Assembly (NCBI RefSeq): GCF_001447785.1
Contig: NW_015168098.1
Span: 188,789 to 252,788, forward strand
Source of the DNA: Gekko japonicus
Taxonomy: Eukaryota
Reading direction: 5' to 3'
Length of the DNA: 64,000 nt
Shown: one piece after another, positions 1 through 11,154 of the stretch
How positions within the stretch are numbered: position 1 is the first letter of the stretch
How the letters are laid out: every line of letters starts with the position of its first letter
Position numbers and translations under genes: made by a program
Notes under the pieces: generated by a model
Told to the model about the DNA's origin: nothing
The model's database searches: none
Seen by the model: only the letters and a program-made list of their open reading frames with translations

Positions 1-64
1 CGCCCCCTGGGCTCTTTACTGCCGGAGCTCTGCTCCTGTGCGCTCCTGCAGGAAATGACCCCTG
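1..64. mobile_element. Right end of non-autonomous hAT-like MITE
   Basis: Ends in ggaaatgacccctg, the same TIR type as the complete element at 5891-6357. Confidence 0.5.
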
Positions 65-100
65 CTTATACCAGCCCCCAACTCATGGGCCTTTTTTTTT

Positions 101-190
101 AGTAGAATCTCCAGGTGATGTTGGTTTATGATACGACTACAGCCAGATCTTTGTCCTTCTTGCTGGTACCCTTTGCGGTGTTCTGCTAAA
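101..190 (+). other. Remnant of OR stop region/3' UTR, paralogous to 7970-8056
   Basis: tagaatctccaggtgatg...gccagatctttgtccttcttgctggtaccctttgcggtgttctgct aligns by eye to tagaatctgcaagtgatg...gccagatttttgtccttcttgccggtaccctttccagtgttctgct. Confidence 0.65.
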
Positions 191-527
191 TAGTGGCCGA
201 TTGTTTCCCTCATAGTTCTGCCCAAAGCAAAATTATTGCTGATGGATCTTCTGATGGTATAGCTGACGGATCGTTGTCCACTTTAAACAAAGGAGCAACA
301 TTCTACTCTGTGTGATATCACAGCACCATCATAAACTAAGGAAAATCACCAATCCATAGTAAAGGAACTTTAAAGGGAGAATCTGGTGTGTGGAAAACCC
401 CCCCCCCCCATACTCAAAAATGGAATCCTTAGCCATTATGTGTTATGTCCCATTAAGCTGCTTCTGACTTATGGAACCCTACAAATTAATGACCTCCAAA
501 ACATCCTATTGTTAATTGCCTTGCTTG

Positions 528-872
528 TAGGCTTGCCAAGTTCCCCTGGGGGGCGGGGAAACCCCCGCCCCAGAGGCCCGTTCCCTGCCGGCGGCAGATC
601 GGGCCCCGGGGGGAACCCCACCCCCCAAGCACTGGACATGCCCGGTGTCAGCACGCCACCCGTGACGCAGCCACGCCAGGCACGCCGGGGGCGGGGCCGC
701 AGTCATCCGAGGGAAAACTGTATGTTTTTCCCTCGGATGACCTCAGCCCCGCCCCCGGTGCGGCCGACATGGCCACGTCACTTCCGTGTGACATGCTTGC
801 TGTGTGCACACACACTCACGGAACAACATGGGAGTCCCCCGCCGACGGTACAGATAAGACTTGGGAACCCTA
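528..872. mobile_element. Non-autonomous hAT (Blackjack-like) MITE
   Basis: TIRs taggcttgccaag / cttgggaacccta; perfect 8-bp TSD cttgcttg at 520-527 and 873-880. Confidence 0.85.
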
Positions 873-1277
873 CTTGCTTGGGTCTTCCAAACTGTGGGCC
901 GTGTCTTCCTTGACTGAGTTAATCCACCTCATGCTGGGTCTTCTCTTTTCCTATTGACTTCAACTTCTCCTAGCATTTTTATCCTTTTCAATTAGTCTTG
1001 TCTTCTCATGATGTGGCCAAAGTATGAAAGCTTCAGTTTGGACATTTTAGTTTGTAGGGGTAACTGAGGCTTGATTTGATCTAGTCATTATTAGCCATTA
1101 TGTATCAGCTGTACTAGTAAAACAGGAGACTGTGCCAATTATCATGTTACTAGCTAAGCAAAACCAGCAAAATGGCCCATTATAGTCCTTCTGGTTGGCT
1201 TCTAGATGTATCTGGTTTGGATTTCCATTTTACATATTTTCATTTCATCCTGTATTTACTCATTTCATGACACCATC

Positions 1278-2034
1278 TGTGATTTCCTCCTTATTGGGGA
1301 GGACTGGTTTCCCTTTAAAAGTTCTCTTTATTTTGTTTAACAGGGTAGAATCGGCTGCCACCAGGAAATTTTAAGGATTTCCAAACCTTTATGCTTTTAC
1401 TTTTGCTCTTACTGGTTAGGTAGACCGAGTTCAAGGCTTACGAGGAACTATGTGGTTCTGGGAAGTATTTCTTTCAGAGCTGGTATACTTGAATGAAAGA
1501 GGATTTATTGAAATAAAGCATAAATAAGAGGGTAGTACAATGTAACTAGTAATGTGTAAATACTGAACAAATGCTTTGGTATCCCACACAATCTTCTCTC
1601 TCACTGACAGAGATCTTTGCATGTAACTTTGTAACACTTGTTGATCTCAATTCCCTATACGTTTACTGTTTCACTCCAGTCTGTTATGACACACAGAATT
1701 TCCTATAACTTTTCTTCACTTAAACTTTACTTTACTTTACTTTTCCTAGACATTCAGCTTTTAGATCTCTTTCCTTTTTCTCTGAACAACATCAACAGAC
1801 AGCTTAACTGCTTCCACACCAAACTAACTGAACATCAACTGTCAAGATCTAACTTAAACTACTGACTGACTCACATACTCATCCAACCGGATTCACTTCC
1901 AAAGCCCCTCCCCCTCTCTGTCAACCATCAATCATACCACACTTGCCTCTTTCAACCACTCTAGTCTATCTACCACAGCCATTCAACCAAACTTTTAAAG
2001 AGGCACACACACACAGAAACAAGGAATCATTACA
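1278..2034 (-). mobile_element. Solo LTR
   Basis: Termini tgtgat...attaca (TG..CA); 5-bp TSD ccatc at 1273-1277 and 2035-2039; minus-strand AATAAA near 1327-1332. Confidence 0.75.
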
Positions 2035-2104
2035 CCATCGATCGAGCATTATTTTTTTCATGCCTCCTTTTTCGAAAGTCTGCCAGGTGAGAAGTCAGTG
2101 CCTT

Positions 2105-2186
2105 TCATTTGATAAAGAAGGTTCTAGTCCATGAAACTCTATGTTGGAATAAAATTGTGTTAGTCTTTAAGGTACCACTAGACTGC
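2105..2186 (+). mobile_element. Penelope-like terminal fragment with degenerate hammerhead-like motif
   Basis: ttgataaag...tccatgaaactctatg...aataaa...gttagtctttaaggtaccactagact; reverse-oriented relatives at ~37895-37960 and ~38975-39015. Confidence 0.45.
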
Positions 2187-2279
2187 AATTGATTAAACAG
2201 AAAATAAAGGTATTCTGCCACATTAGGGGTTTTTTTGCAACAAAAAATAAGCATTTGTAGTCACAAGCTTTGATTCTAG

Positions 2280-2756
2280 CACATGTTCCGCACATGCTCA
2301 CACATGTTCCCCAGAGAGCACTGAAGTCGGGGTCTCAAAACCATTTGGCCCTCCTTGGACTGAAAGTCACCAGACTTGCCTCTACCAGGGCCAGGGCCTT
2401 CTCAGTAGCAGCTCCACATGGGTGGAATGAGCTTCCGGAAGACATCAAGGCCCTGCGGGACCTTCTACAGTTCTGCAGGACCTGTAAAACGGAGCTCTTT
2501 CACCAGGCCTTCGATTAGGAGCCACTACGAATAACAACTGATCTGTCAAGGCCCTCTATGTTAACACCAACAGCCTGTTATATATTGGACGCTGACGGTG
2601 GCCATACTTCGTTATCATTTTATCATGGCCTATCGGGATGTTACTGCCACCAGCACTTTATCTGTATTTGTGACTTATTATGTGTGAGTTTTTATGACGT
2701 TGCATTGTATTAATACATCTGTGTTTTAATATATACAAATCAAATTAAATAAATAA
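2280..2756 (+). mobile_element. L2-clade LINE 3' end
   Basis: Peptide RAFSVAAPHGWNELP...KTELFHQAF is a typical L2 ORF2 C-terminus; (aaat)-rich tail at ~2735-2755. Confidence 0.7.
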
Positions 2757-2981
2757 GTTGTCGAAGCTGGAAGAACACTTCAAATGCCAATCAAAGCAAT
2801 ACACAGTCTCCAGAAGGAAAACAACAACGACTATAAATCTTAAAACATTATTTTATTATATATTCATGTGTATAATGTTGTTGGGAAATGCTCAAAGGGA
2901 CTTCAACAAGTCAGTAGAGCCTTACATCAAGGGAAAATCTAAATCCTTAAAGCTGTTGAATAGCAGAACAAACATACACCA

Positions 2982-3367
2982 CTGGCAGCGAGGCCCAAGC
3001 GGCTTCCAGCTGCCGGGTCTCGCCGGTCTCCTTCTTCCCCTTCCCCCCGGCTCCAGTGGTCTCCTCCTCCTCCACTGCCGCCGATCTCCTCCTCCCTCCC
3101 CCCACTCCTGCAGTGAGGCCTGAGCGCCTTCCAACCGCCAGCCTGCCACAGAGTTCCCAGAGCGTTCCCTGCGCGTGCGCAGGGAAGGCTCTTTTACTTT
3201 TGGGGGGATTTAAATATCCCTCCAATATTTTTTTCACCTTTTCAGATTTTTGTGCACACCTGGGGACTGCCCCAAGTGTGCACGAAAATCTCCCTCCCCC
3301 CAGGTGCCCCGATGTGCAGATTCAGGTATCCGCACGCAAGGGGGTGCCTTCACTATTAGTATATAGA
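2982..3367 (-). mobile_element. Non-autonomous Helitron, unit B
   Basis: Minus-strand 5' end TCTATATACTAATAG at 3367; 3160-3367 homologous to 4567-4777; imperfect hairpin at 2988-3023 near a CCAG end. The 3' boundary is uncertain. Confidence 0.6.
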
Positions 3368-4777
3368 CAAGTGGGGGACCCGCGATACTCGCGGGAGAGG
3401 AGGACCTCCGCACCTATGAGGAAGAGGAGGAAGCAGCAGGAGGAGGTAAGTTCCCCCCCCTATCCCGCCGGTTCCCCATCTCCTCCACCCCCTGGGTTGA
3501 TCTTCCCCTCCCCCTGCCCTGGAGCACCCCCCCTTCCGGAGGCCGGGTCTCCCCACCCCTTCCCATTGCAGGGGTAGACCTGGCCTCCGGAGGAGCCCAG
3601 GTCTACCAAACCCTTCCAATTGCAGGGGTAGACCTGGACTCCCCTGGAGGCCAGGTCTACCAACCCCTTTCCATTGCAGGGGTAGACCTGGCCTCCAGAG
3701 GAGTCCAGGTCTACCAACCCATTTCCATTGCAGGGGTAGACCTGGCCTCCAGAGGAGTCCAGGTCTACCAACCCATTTCCATTGCAGGGGTAGACCTGGG
3801 CTCCTCCGGTTCCCCATCTCCTCCACCCCCTGGGTTGATCTTCCCCTCNNNNNNNNNNNNNNNNNNNNNNNNNNNNNNNNNNNNNNNNNNNNNNNNNNNN
3901 NNNNNNNNNNNNNNNNNNNNNNNNNNNNNNNNNNNNNNNNNNNNNNNNNNNNNNNNNNNNNNNNNNNNNNNNNNNNNNNNNNNNNNNNNNNNNNNNNNNN
4001 NNNNNNNNNNNNNNNNNNNNNNNNNNNNNNNNNNNNNNNNNNNNNNNNNNNNNNNNNNNNNNNNNNNNNNNNNNNNNNNNNNNNNNNNNNNNNNNNNNNN
4101 NNNNNNNNNNNNNNNNNNNNNNNNNNNNNNNNNNNNNNNNNNNNNNNNNNNNNNNNNNCAGGTCTACCAACCTCTTCCAATTGCAGGGGTAGACCTGGAC
4201 TCCCCCGGAGGAGGCCAGGTCTACTCACCCCCACCCCGCCCCTTCCCCTTCCCACATTCCAAGGGGCGGGGCCCGCGGGAGGGAGGAAGAGGAAGCAGAA
4301 GGCAGAGGTAAGTACACCCCCGTCCCCCTCGGCTCTTCCCCCCACCCCGCCTTCGTGGCGAGGCCTCGGGAGGCTTCAGCCGCCCGGGCGTCGCTGTTTC
4401 CCCCCCCGCCGCCCTGCTCCGCGGCCGCCCGCCCGGCGGCGGCGGCAGCTCCCCCTCCCCCCGGCTCCAAGCCGAGGGCCGAGCGGCTGGCCGCTCGGCC
4501 CTCGCCGGTCAGCCCCCCCGCTCGCCGCTTGCCTTCCAAGCGGCGGCGGCGGCGTTGGCGTTCGTAGAGCGTTCCGTGCGCAGGCGCACGGAACGCTCTT
4601 GCACTTTCGGGGGGATTTAAACATCCCCCCAATATTTTTTTTTAGTTTTTAGATTTTTGTGCACCCCTGGGGACTGCCCCAAGAGTGCACAAACCTCCCC
4701 CTCCCCCCCCAAGTGCCCTCGGAGTGCTGATTTAGCGATCCGCACTCCGGGGGCCACTTGGCAATTAGATATATAGA
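3368..4777 (-). mobile_element. Non-autonomous Helitron, unit A (contains assembly gap)
   Basis: Minus strand: A|TCTATATATC 5' end at 4777; hairpin cccgcga-tac-tcgcggg (3379-3395) 11 nt from a CTTG|T 3' end at 3368; no TSD. Confidence 0.75.
3562..4225. repeat. 54-bp minisatellite with an internal hairpin in each unit
   Basis: attgcagggg recurs at 3565, 3619, 3673, 3727 and 3781, and again after the gap; each full unit has ggtagacctgg-N13-ccaggtctacc. Confidence 0.9.
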
Positions 4778-5012
4778 TATGGAGCAGATGTCCATCAGTG
4801 GCTATTAGCCACAAGGTATAGATAGGGACTCTGGGACAAGTGATGCTCTATCTTCTTGGTGCTTGGAGGGGTCAACAGTGGGAGGGCTTCTAATGTCCTG
4901 GCTCCACTGGTGGACCTCCTGATGGCACCTGGTATTTCTGGCCACTGTGTGACAGAGTGTTGGACTGGATGGGCCTTTGGCCTGATCCAACATTGGCGTC
5001 TCTTATGTTCTT
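4778..5012 (+). mobile_element. CR1 LINE 3' end
   Basis: ...tggcctgatccaacattggcgtctcttatgttcttatg tail; homologous to 39250-39495. Confidence 0.7.
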
Positions 5013-5019
5013 ATGATGG

Positions 5020-5830
5020 ATGTATTTATGCCAGGATATGTGGCCACTATTCATTAGGAAGTTGCCTTTAGCCTGGCAGTGGTCAGCTAGGGGTTCTTCT
5101 GATGGGGAGAAGTTAACAGCCTTGTTGTATGAGATCAATGCACAAGAGGAGTGCTATGATTATCATCTGCTGTGGTCCAGAACGGCTGCCAAGAAATGGC
5201 AGGGGGCTCTCTGCCCCTGGACGATGTTGGGACGGAAGCCACAGCTCTGCTTGAGCCCGAGGAGGCTGGCACATCACAACCAGGCTTAACTGTATCAGTG
5301 GTTTTGCCTGTTCCTATTTACCCTCCCCTCATGATGTACTCCAACACTATGTTATGCCCTGCAAGGGGCCCTCAGTTGCCCAGAGAGCCGAGCTGGGCTT
5401 GAGAGGAAGGGGACGTGAAGCAGGAAGACCCAGTGGATGAAATTATGCTCTGTTACCAACCAGGTCGAGTGCCACAGCAAGGTGGAGACCCACAGGGAGT
5501 TCAGGTTTTTGGGTTAGCCCCCCCCAGTTTCTCAGCCTCTCCTAGATGGTCCCTCCCAGCAGGAAACCCCACAAACCCCACAGCAGTTACCGAGGGTGGG
5601 ACATCAAGTCCCTGTAGACTTTGGGAAGCTCGAGCATTCCATAAGGAAGTTGTGGGATTCTTTGGACCCTGTACATTTGGAGAAACTTGTACTTGAGCAG
5701 GGAAAGGAAGCCCCTTCCCTAAAGCAGCTGCAAAAAGCAGCCTATAGAAGATATAAAGTGGTGCAGACAATGGGGACAGGACCCAAAAAGGTTCTGCTGG
5801 AGGCATCAGTGGATGGAAAACCTTGCCTCC
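5020..5830 (+). mobile_element. Possible decayed Gypsy gag/protease fragment
   Basis: Peptide ...PKKVLLEASVDGKPC resembles the start of a retropepsin domain; the reading frames are broken. Confidence 0.3.
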
Positions 5831-5890
5831 TTCCCTTTTCTCCTCTCCCTTTTCTTTGATCTGGAACAGCCTGGTGTGTGGTCTGAGGAG

Positions 5891-6357
5891 CAGGGGTCGT
5901 TTCATAGAAAAAGAGCTAGGGGAACTCATTAGCATAACACAATAGCATATGCCACACACCCTGACATCACTGGAAGTGTGTCATAAGGCCACACCCCCTG
6001 ACATCACCGGAAGTGTGTCATAAGGCCACACCCCCCGCCCCCAACGGTCCCGGCCACCGCTGCCGGCCTTGCAGCTCCACTGCCGAGCCCCATGAGGGGC
6101 CTGGCGGTGGACCCGCAAGGCCGGCGGGAGTGCAAGGAAGCCCCGCGAAGGCTCTCCCTGGCCCCAGTCAGGCAGGGGTGGGGAGAGGCAGGGAGGAAGC
6201 AACTTACTCTCCCTCTTCTCCTTCCTCCTCCTGACTGAATGAGGGCCGGAAGCGGGGCGGCCGGAAGCAGGGGGTAGGGCTTCGTCATGTGCCCCGCCCC
6301 CCATACCTCACCCGGGGGAACTGCAATCCCCCGCGATCCCCCCCGAAATGACCTCTG
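5891..6357. mobile_element. Non-autonomous hAT MITE
   Basis: TIRs caggggtcgtttc / gaaatgacctctg; 8-bp TSD ctgaggag at 5883-5890 and 6358-6365; internal ~38-bp tandem duplication at ~5955-6035. Confidence 0.85.
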
Positions 6358-7038
6358 CTGAGGAGAGTGAGGGAGGAAGAAGAAGGTGAGCATGCCCCCC
6401 TCTCCCCAGTATGGGTCTACCCAAATTTCACTGAGCCATAGCAGGAACTGTTGGATGCTTTGATGTTCATCACCTTGGGGACTCTATCGGGCATAGAATT
6501 GTTTTAAACAAAATAACTAACTAACTAAATAAATAAACACATCTCTTTGAGCTGGTGGAAGTACAGGAGAAAACTGTGATCATTTCAGGACGTTTGCCAA
6601 CTTAGCTCCCTACTAAATTTGTGGCATTTGTTAAACAAATAATCTCAGTGGGAATTACCACAAGGGTCAAAATGGGGATACGATGATAAATACTATAGTA
6701 GTCCCTGGGGGGAAAAAGAGTGAAGACATATATTAGGCCCAATGCACAGCATGAACACTTCTAATTCTCTTTACCCCTTCTGTTTCCTTCTTCTTTCTTC
6801 CTGTGTAATGCTGTATGGAACCCAATGTGTGTTGAATCAATATGATGGTCCTCTGAACCCTTTTCAAAGGGTTTACTTCTTGGTGGCTTTCATCTCAGTG
6901 TTTTGCATAGAACCTCACTGAGACTGCTGCAAAATTACATAATCATGGCTGGAAGCAATAAGGGACTCTTTGCACCACTGAAGGAATAGTGCTTCAAGAG
7001 ATTTTTCCCAGGATTTGACCCACAAGTAAACAGCCAGT

Positions 7039-7986
7039 ATGGAGAACGAGACTGCGTTTGTATCTGAGTTTCTCCTTGTGGGCTTCACTGACATCCGATG
7101 GCTGCAGATCCTCCTCTTCCTGCTACTTCTTCTCACATACCTCTTGACCCTGGTGGGGAACGTCCTCATAATCTCCATCACCTTGCTTGACCATCGCCTC
7201 CAGACGCCCATGTATTTTTTCCTCCGGAACTTCTCTGTCGTGGAAATCGCTTTCACCTCTTCGTCTATCCCAAAGGTTTTGTTCAACCTGGCTTCTGGCA
7301 CTAACACCATTTCTGTGGCTGGCTGCTTTGCACAATCCTTTTTCTATTTCATTGTGGGCACCACCGAATTCTTCCTCTTGGCCACGATGTCCTTTGACCG
7401 GTATGTTGCCATCTGTAACCCGCTTCGCTACATGATGATCATGAACAGCCGATTCTGCACCCAGTTGGTATTGGGTTCTTGGATCTTCAGTTTCCTGTAC
7501 CTTATAGTCCCTCTTGTGTTGTGGTTTCGTTTGCCCTTCTGTGGTCCAAATGTCATCAACCACTTCTTCTGTGACTTCCTACCACTAGTCAAACTGGCTT
7601 GCACAAACACCCAGGCCCTAGAACTGCTGGATTTTTTCTTGGCCATGTTTACTGTCTTGGGAACTTTAACTGTTACGATCATTTCCTACATTAAAATCAT
7701 TTCAACTATCATGCACATCCCATCCACAGTGGGAAGGCAAAAAACCTTCTCCACTTGTGCTTCCCACATCACCGTAGTCTTCATCACCTACGGGAGCTGC
7801 ATTTTCATGTATGTTAAGACAGCAAAGAGTGGGGGTCTGGACCTCGGTAAGACGGTGGGTGTTCTCAATAATGTTGTCTCTCCTCTGCTCAACCCATTCA
7901 TCTATAGCCTGAGGAACAAACAAGTCAAAGAGGCCTTGAAAGATGCAGTTAAGCAGAGAGGAATGCTTTGTAGAATCTGCAAGTGA
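7039..7986 (+). CDS. Olfactory receptor, class II family-6-like, intact (315 aa)
   Basis: N-glycosylation site NET; [53 protein letters not shown]. Confidence 0.97.
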   Translation: MENETAFVSEFLLVGFTDIRWLQILLFLLLLLTYLLTLVGNVLIISITLLDHRLQTPMYFFLRNFSVVEIAFTSSSIPKVLFNLASGTNTISVAGCFAQSFFYFIVGTTEFFLLATMSFDRYVAICNPLRYMMIMNSRFCTQLVLGSWIFSFLYLIVPLVLWFRLPFCGPNVINHFFCDFLPLVKLACTNTQALELLDFFLAMFTVLGTLTVTIISYIKIISTIMHIPSTVGRQKTFSTCASHITVVFITYGSCIFMYVKTAKSGGLDLGKTVGVLNNVVSPLLNPFIYSLRNKQVKEALKDAVKQRGMLCRICK

Positions 7987-8344
7987 TGATGGTTTGTGAT
8001 AGGACTATGGCCAGATTTTTGTCCTTCTTGCCGGTACCCTTTCCAGTGTTCTGCTTTGTTATTAGTTATGAAAATGCAAGATGAAGTAGTGAAAGCCACA
8101 ATGATTAGATGGGCACAACTTTTGGTTGGTTGGAGTTCATGGTGCTATTAGGAGGGGAAGGTCTGGTTATTGTTACATTGATGACTTTCTGTTTGGACGC
8201 TTACCTTGACTCCATTAAGAGCAAGAAGGTTTATATATTGGGTATTTTTTAGGGGTCAGAGCTGCCTTCAGATTGCTTATTTGAGGTCACTGTGGGCAGC
8301 CAAAAGGTATCTCTTCTTTATTAGGGAATTCATGTACACAATCT

Positions 8345-9220
8345 TCTTCTTCTTTTTTTAAACAAGAAGTTTATTTAAACAACAAGACGCTTTACTTGAA
8401 GGGAAAACTATCCAAGATCGTTTTTGTTTAGAGTAATTTATCCCTACTTAAAGACAGATTGCTCTACATGTAACAGCTACATACAAAAAAGTTATAAAAT
8501 CGTCCTTGGTTGTACAACGATAAAAGAAAAACATTGAAATTATCCAATCAAATAAGGTATGCAAGGTTTTTTGTTTTTTTCCCCAACAATGAGAGCAAAA
8601 TAACTTACTGGAATATAAAGATAAAAGTTAAAGGAGCATGCCACTAGTGAAGAAATGGGGCACTTTCACAGACCAGTTTGTTTTTACCACCCCATCTCCA
8701 TACGATGTTGATCAAAACATATCATTGGCCATTTAGTTTAAAAAAGTATGTATGTCTGTGCACATACACCAGTTACCTTATGTACAATAGAAGGAATAGG
8801 AAAAGAAATCAAAGAGAAAAAGCTATACTGCAGTAGTCAAGATGTGGCTGAACCAAGTCTCATTTTTCTAGTTGTGAATGTGTTGTCTGTGGGAAAGGAA
8901 GTTTGGTTCTCTTTTAGTAGACTCCTCCTGTCTGCTGCTGGAACACGTCAATTGTATCTTCATCCTCCATTTCCAACTGTGCAGGCGTATCTGTTTCATT
9001 GATCGACTGCCCATCAAACCGGAATCTGATTTGCCTCATTGACAAACCCTGTCACTCACAGTAGGCTTTCATTAGTTTGCTAAGTGGTGTATGCCCATCT
9101 TGCCCTGCAACCTTCAGATTAATGTGGTCATTATTTTCAGTCTTCACTCCTTCCTTGGGCTTCTCATTGGCCATGGCGAGTCTGCAGGTCCGCTCCACTC
9201 CAAACACCTCACAACAAGTT
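8345..9220 (-). pseudogene. SUMO2: SUMO2 processed pseudogene (CDS remnant 8914-9174, full 3' UTR, poly(A) remnant)
   Basis: [85 protein letters not shown]. Intronless, 9-codon deletion (SVVQFKIKR), CGA>TGA stop, AATAAA plus T-rich tail at ~8345-8375. Confidence 0.93.
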
Positions 9221-10069
9221 GGGGGGGGGGCAGAAAGATGAAAACAGTGGGCTGGAAATGGGGCTCCAGGCTTGGAGCAGGTGGGAGGCACAGGTGTTTT
9301 CTGGTGCTGGGCTGGGAGTGGTCAGGGAGGGATGTACTCAAGGCAGGAGCAACAGGGAGTTGGGTTGTGGAAGGGGAGGGTGCTTGCCCCCACCCTCTGA
9401 ACCACTGCTCTCAGAGTCCTCCTCTCCAGACACTGTTAGCAACTGTTGGTGTCTGGCCAGTGCTAATAAGTCTTTTGTCTCTGTGGAGAGCCCCAGGAAC
9501 AGATCAGGGGAAGGAGGTTCTGAGACCCCTGGTGATGACCTGCTAGGGCCAGGCTCCAGTGAGCTGGCAGATGGGTTTTGTGCTTGGGTACAGAGTCTGT
9601 GGTAATGTGGTATGCAGCCTCCTCTCCTACTGTCATAAATCAGTCTGTGCTCAGTGACAGCACAGATTACACAGATGAAGAGCTACCTGCAGCCAGCCCT
9701 CAGCCAGTAATTGACCAACTGGGAATCACTGATTGGGGGGGGGCAGTTGAACCCATTTGCAGTTCAGTGAGCTCTATGCGGTCACCACAAGTCAGCTCTT
9801 ACTGCAGCAGAAAATAAGCTACCTGAACCTCATTTAGGTTTTAAAGATCAGTTCAGACCTGTTAACAGCTCTTCCACTTCCTTCTACTAGCTTAGAAGCA
9901 ACTTACACATGAAATAGCCTTCTACAGAGTTGTGCCCTTGGTTTGTCAAGGTCATTATTTTTAAAAAAAAATTATTGTAGATTTTTTTAAAACAGAAAAA
10001 AGTACAGGGGGGAGGAAAAAGAGAGAAAAGAAGTTACCATTCATGTTTCTAAATGACAAAGACAGATAC

Positions 10070-10260
10070 ATTAGTGGCTGTAGATTTTCCGGGTTGTCTG
10101 GCCGTGGTCTTGGCATTGTAGGTCCTGAAGTTTCGCCAGTAGCTGTGACTGGCATCCTCAGAGGTAAAGCACAGAAGGATGGAGTGCTCTCTGTGTCAAG
10201 GTGAGAAGAAAAATGGTAGGCAGGAAATTTATATCTACTCAGGAAGTGAAACAGGTGAGT
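10070..10260 (-). mobile_element. Penelope-like element fragment containing a minimal hammerhead motif
   Basis: Minus strand 10164-10124 reads cct-CTGAGGA-tgccagt-cacagct-actggc-GAAA-ct-tc-agg. Confidence 0.65.
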
Positions 10261-10884
10261 GGCAGGGAGCAAAAAGTAGGGGTTTAAAGGAACTCTGAGT
10301 CCTTTTAAACCCCTGCTTTCTACTCTGGCCACAATCCACCACGAACCACCATGACCTGCTTTAAAAGTTCATGGAAGTTCACAAACCACAAACAGGGCAA
10401 AATTCATGACACATTTTGCTGTGTGGTTCAGCGTGTGCCCATCCCTACACAGAAATAACAAGGACGATAAAGGGGATTGATGAACTGTGATGGATATAGA
10501 AGAAAGACAGCTGGGGTGGACCTTAAAGGAGCTGAAAGAATTGAACACTGCCCAATTTTTGTACATCCTAGCCTTCCTTTCCATATTAAATGAACTCAGT
10601 TCCCCTAAAGCATTCTAAGAGTTAAGCAGCTGCTGTAGTTCCCTACTCAGAGGCTGAGTCAGTGTGCAGCTTGGTTCACTTCCTTGGAGTCAAACAGAAC
10701 ATACACCTTTCTGTGGTTTTCCTGAGCTCTGTTGTCAACCCAGTTCCAATTCCAGAAGTAACTTCTGAAGTTGCAGTGTAACTGGAATTCAGAAGTGGGA
10801 CACAGAACTGAACAACCCCATGGAACAATCACCTGACCCTTGGTTCTTGGAAGACCAATGATTGGTTTCACTCCTTAATCCCAA

Positions 10885-11035
10885 TGTGGTTGTTGAAAGT
10901 GCTAGGAAGTCACAACCAACTTGTGGCAACTCCATAGTGTTTTTAAGATGAGAGATAAACATAGGTGGTCGTAACTAGTCCAAACTTGTTTCAGTTCTGA
11001 TAAGAGTGGGCTAGCCTGGGCCATCTGGGTCAGAG
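10885..11035 (-). mobile_element. 5S rRNA-derived SINE fragment (5S-Sauria-like)
   Basis: Degenerate reverse copy of the family at 63195-63412. Confidence 0.5.
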
Positions 11036-11154
11036 TGATCACTATGTAGGGAATCATTTTATTCAAATAATGGCTTTTCCCCTTGCTCTTTTCTCAGCAG
11101 CATATGTGGCTCTTGCATGACAAGCTGCTTTTAGAAGATAGGAGATCAAGTGCT

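Noticed and set aside
3562-4225. CRISPR-like array of regularly spaced palindromic repeats
   Set aside because: The would-be spacers are near-identical, there are no cas genes and the context is vertebrate; it is a minisatellite.
2758-6393. GC-rich ORFs and a CpG-island-like region as a host gene or promoter
   Set aside because: Low-complexity Pro/Gly/Arg translations fall inside Helitron and hAT elements with defined termini.
6915-7923. Antisense ORFs overlapping OR genes
   Set aside because: Shadow frames of OR codon usage; no independent support.
9480-9830. Possible LTR fragments (also ~21300-21580)
   Set aside because: Repeat-like, but I could not find termini or TSDs to support a call.
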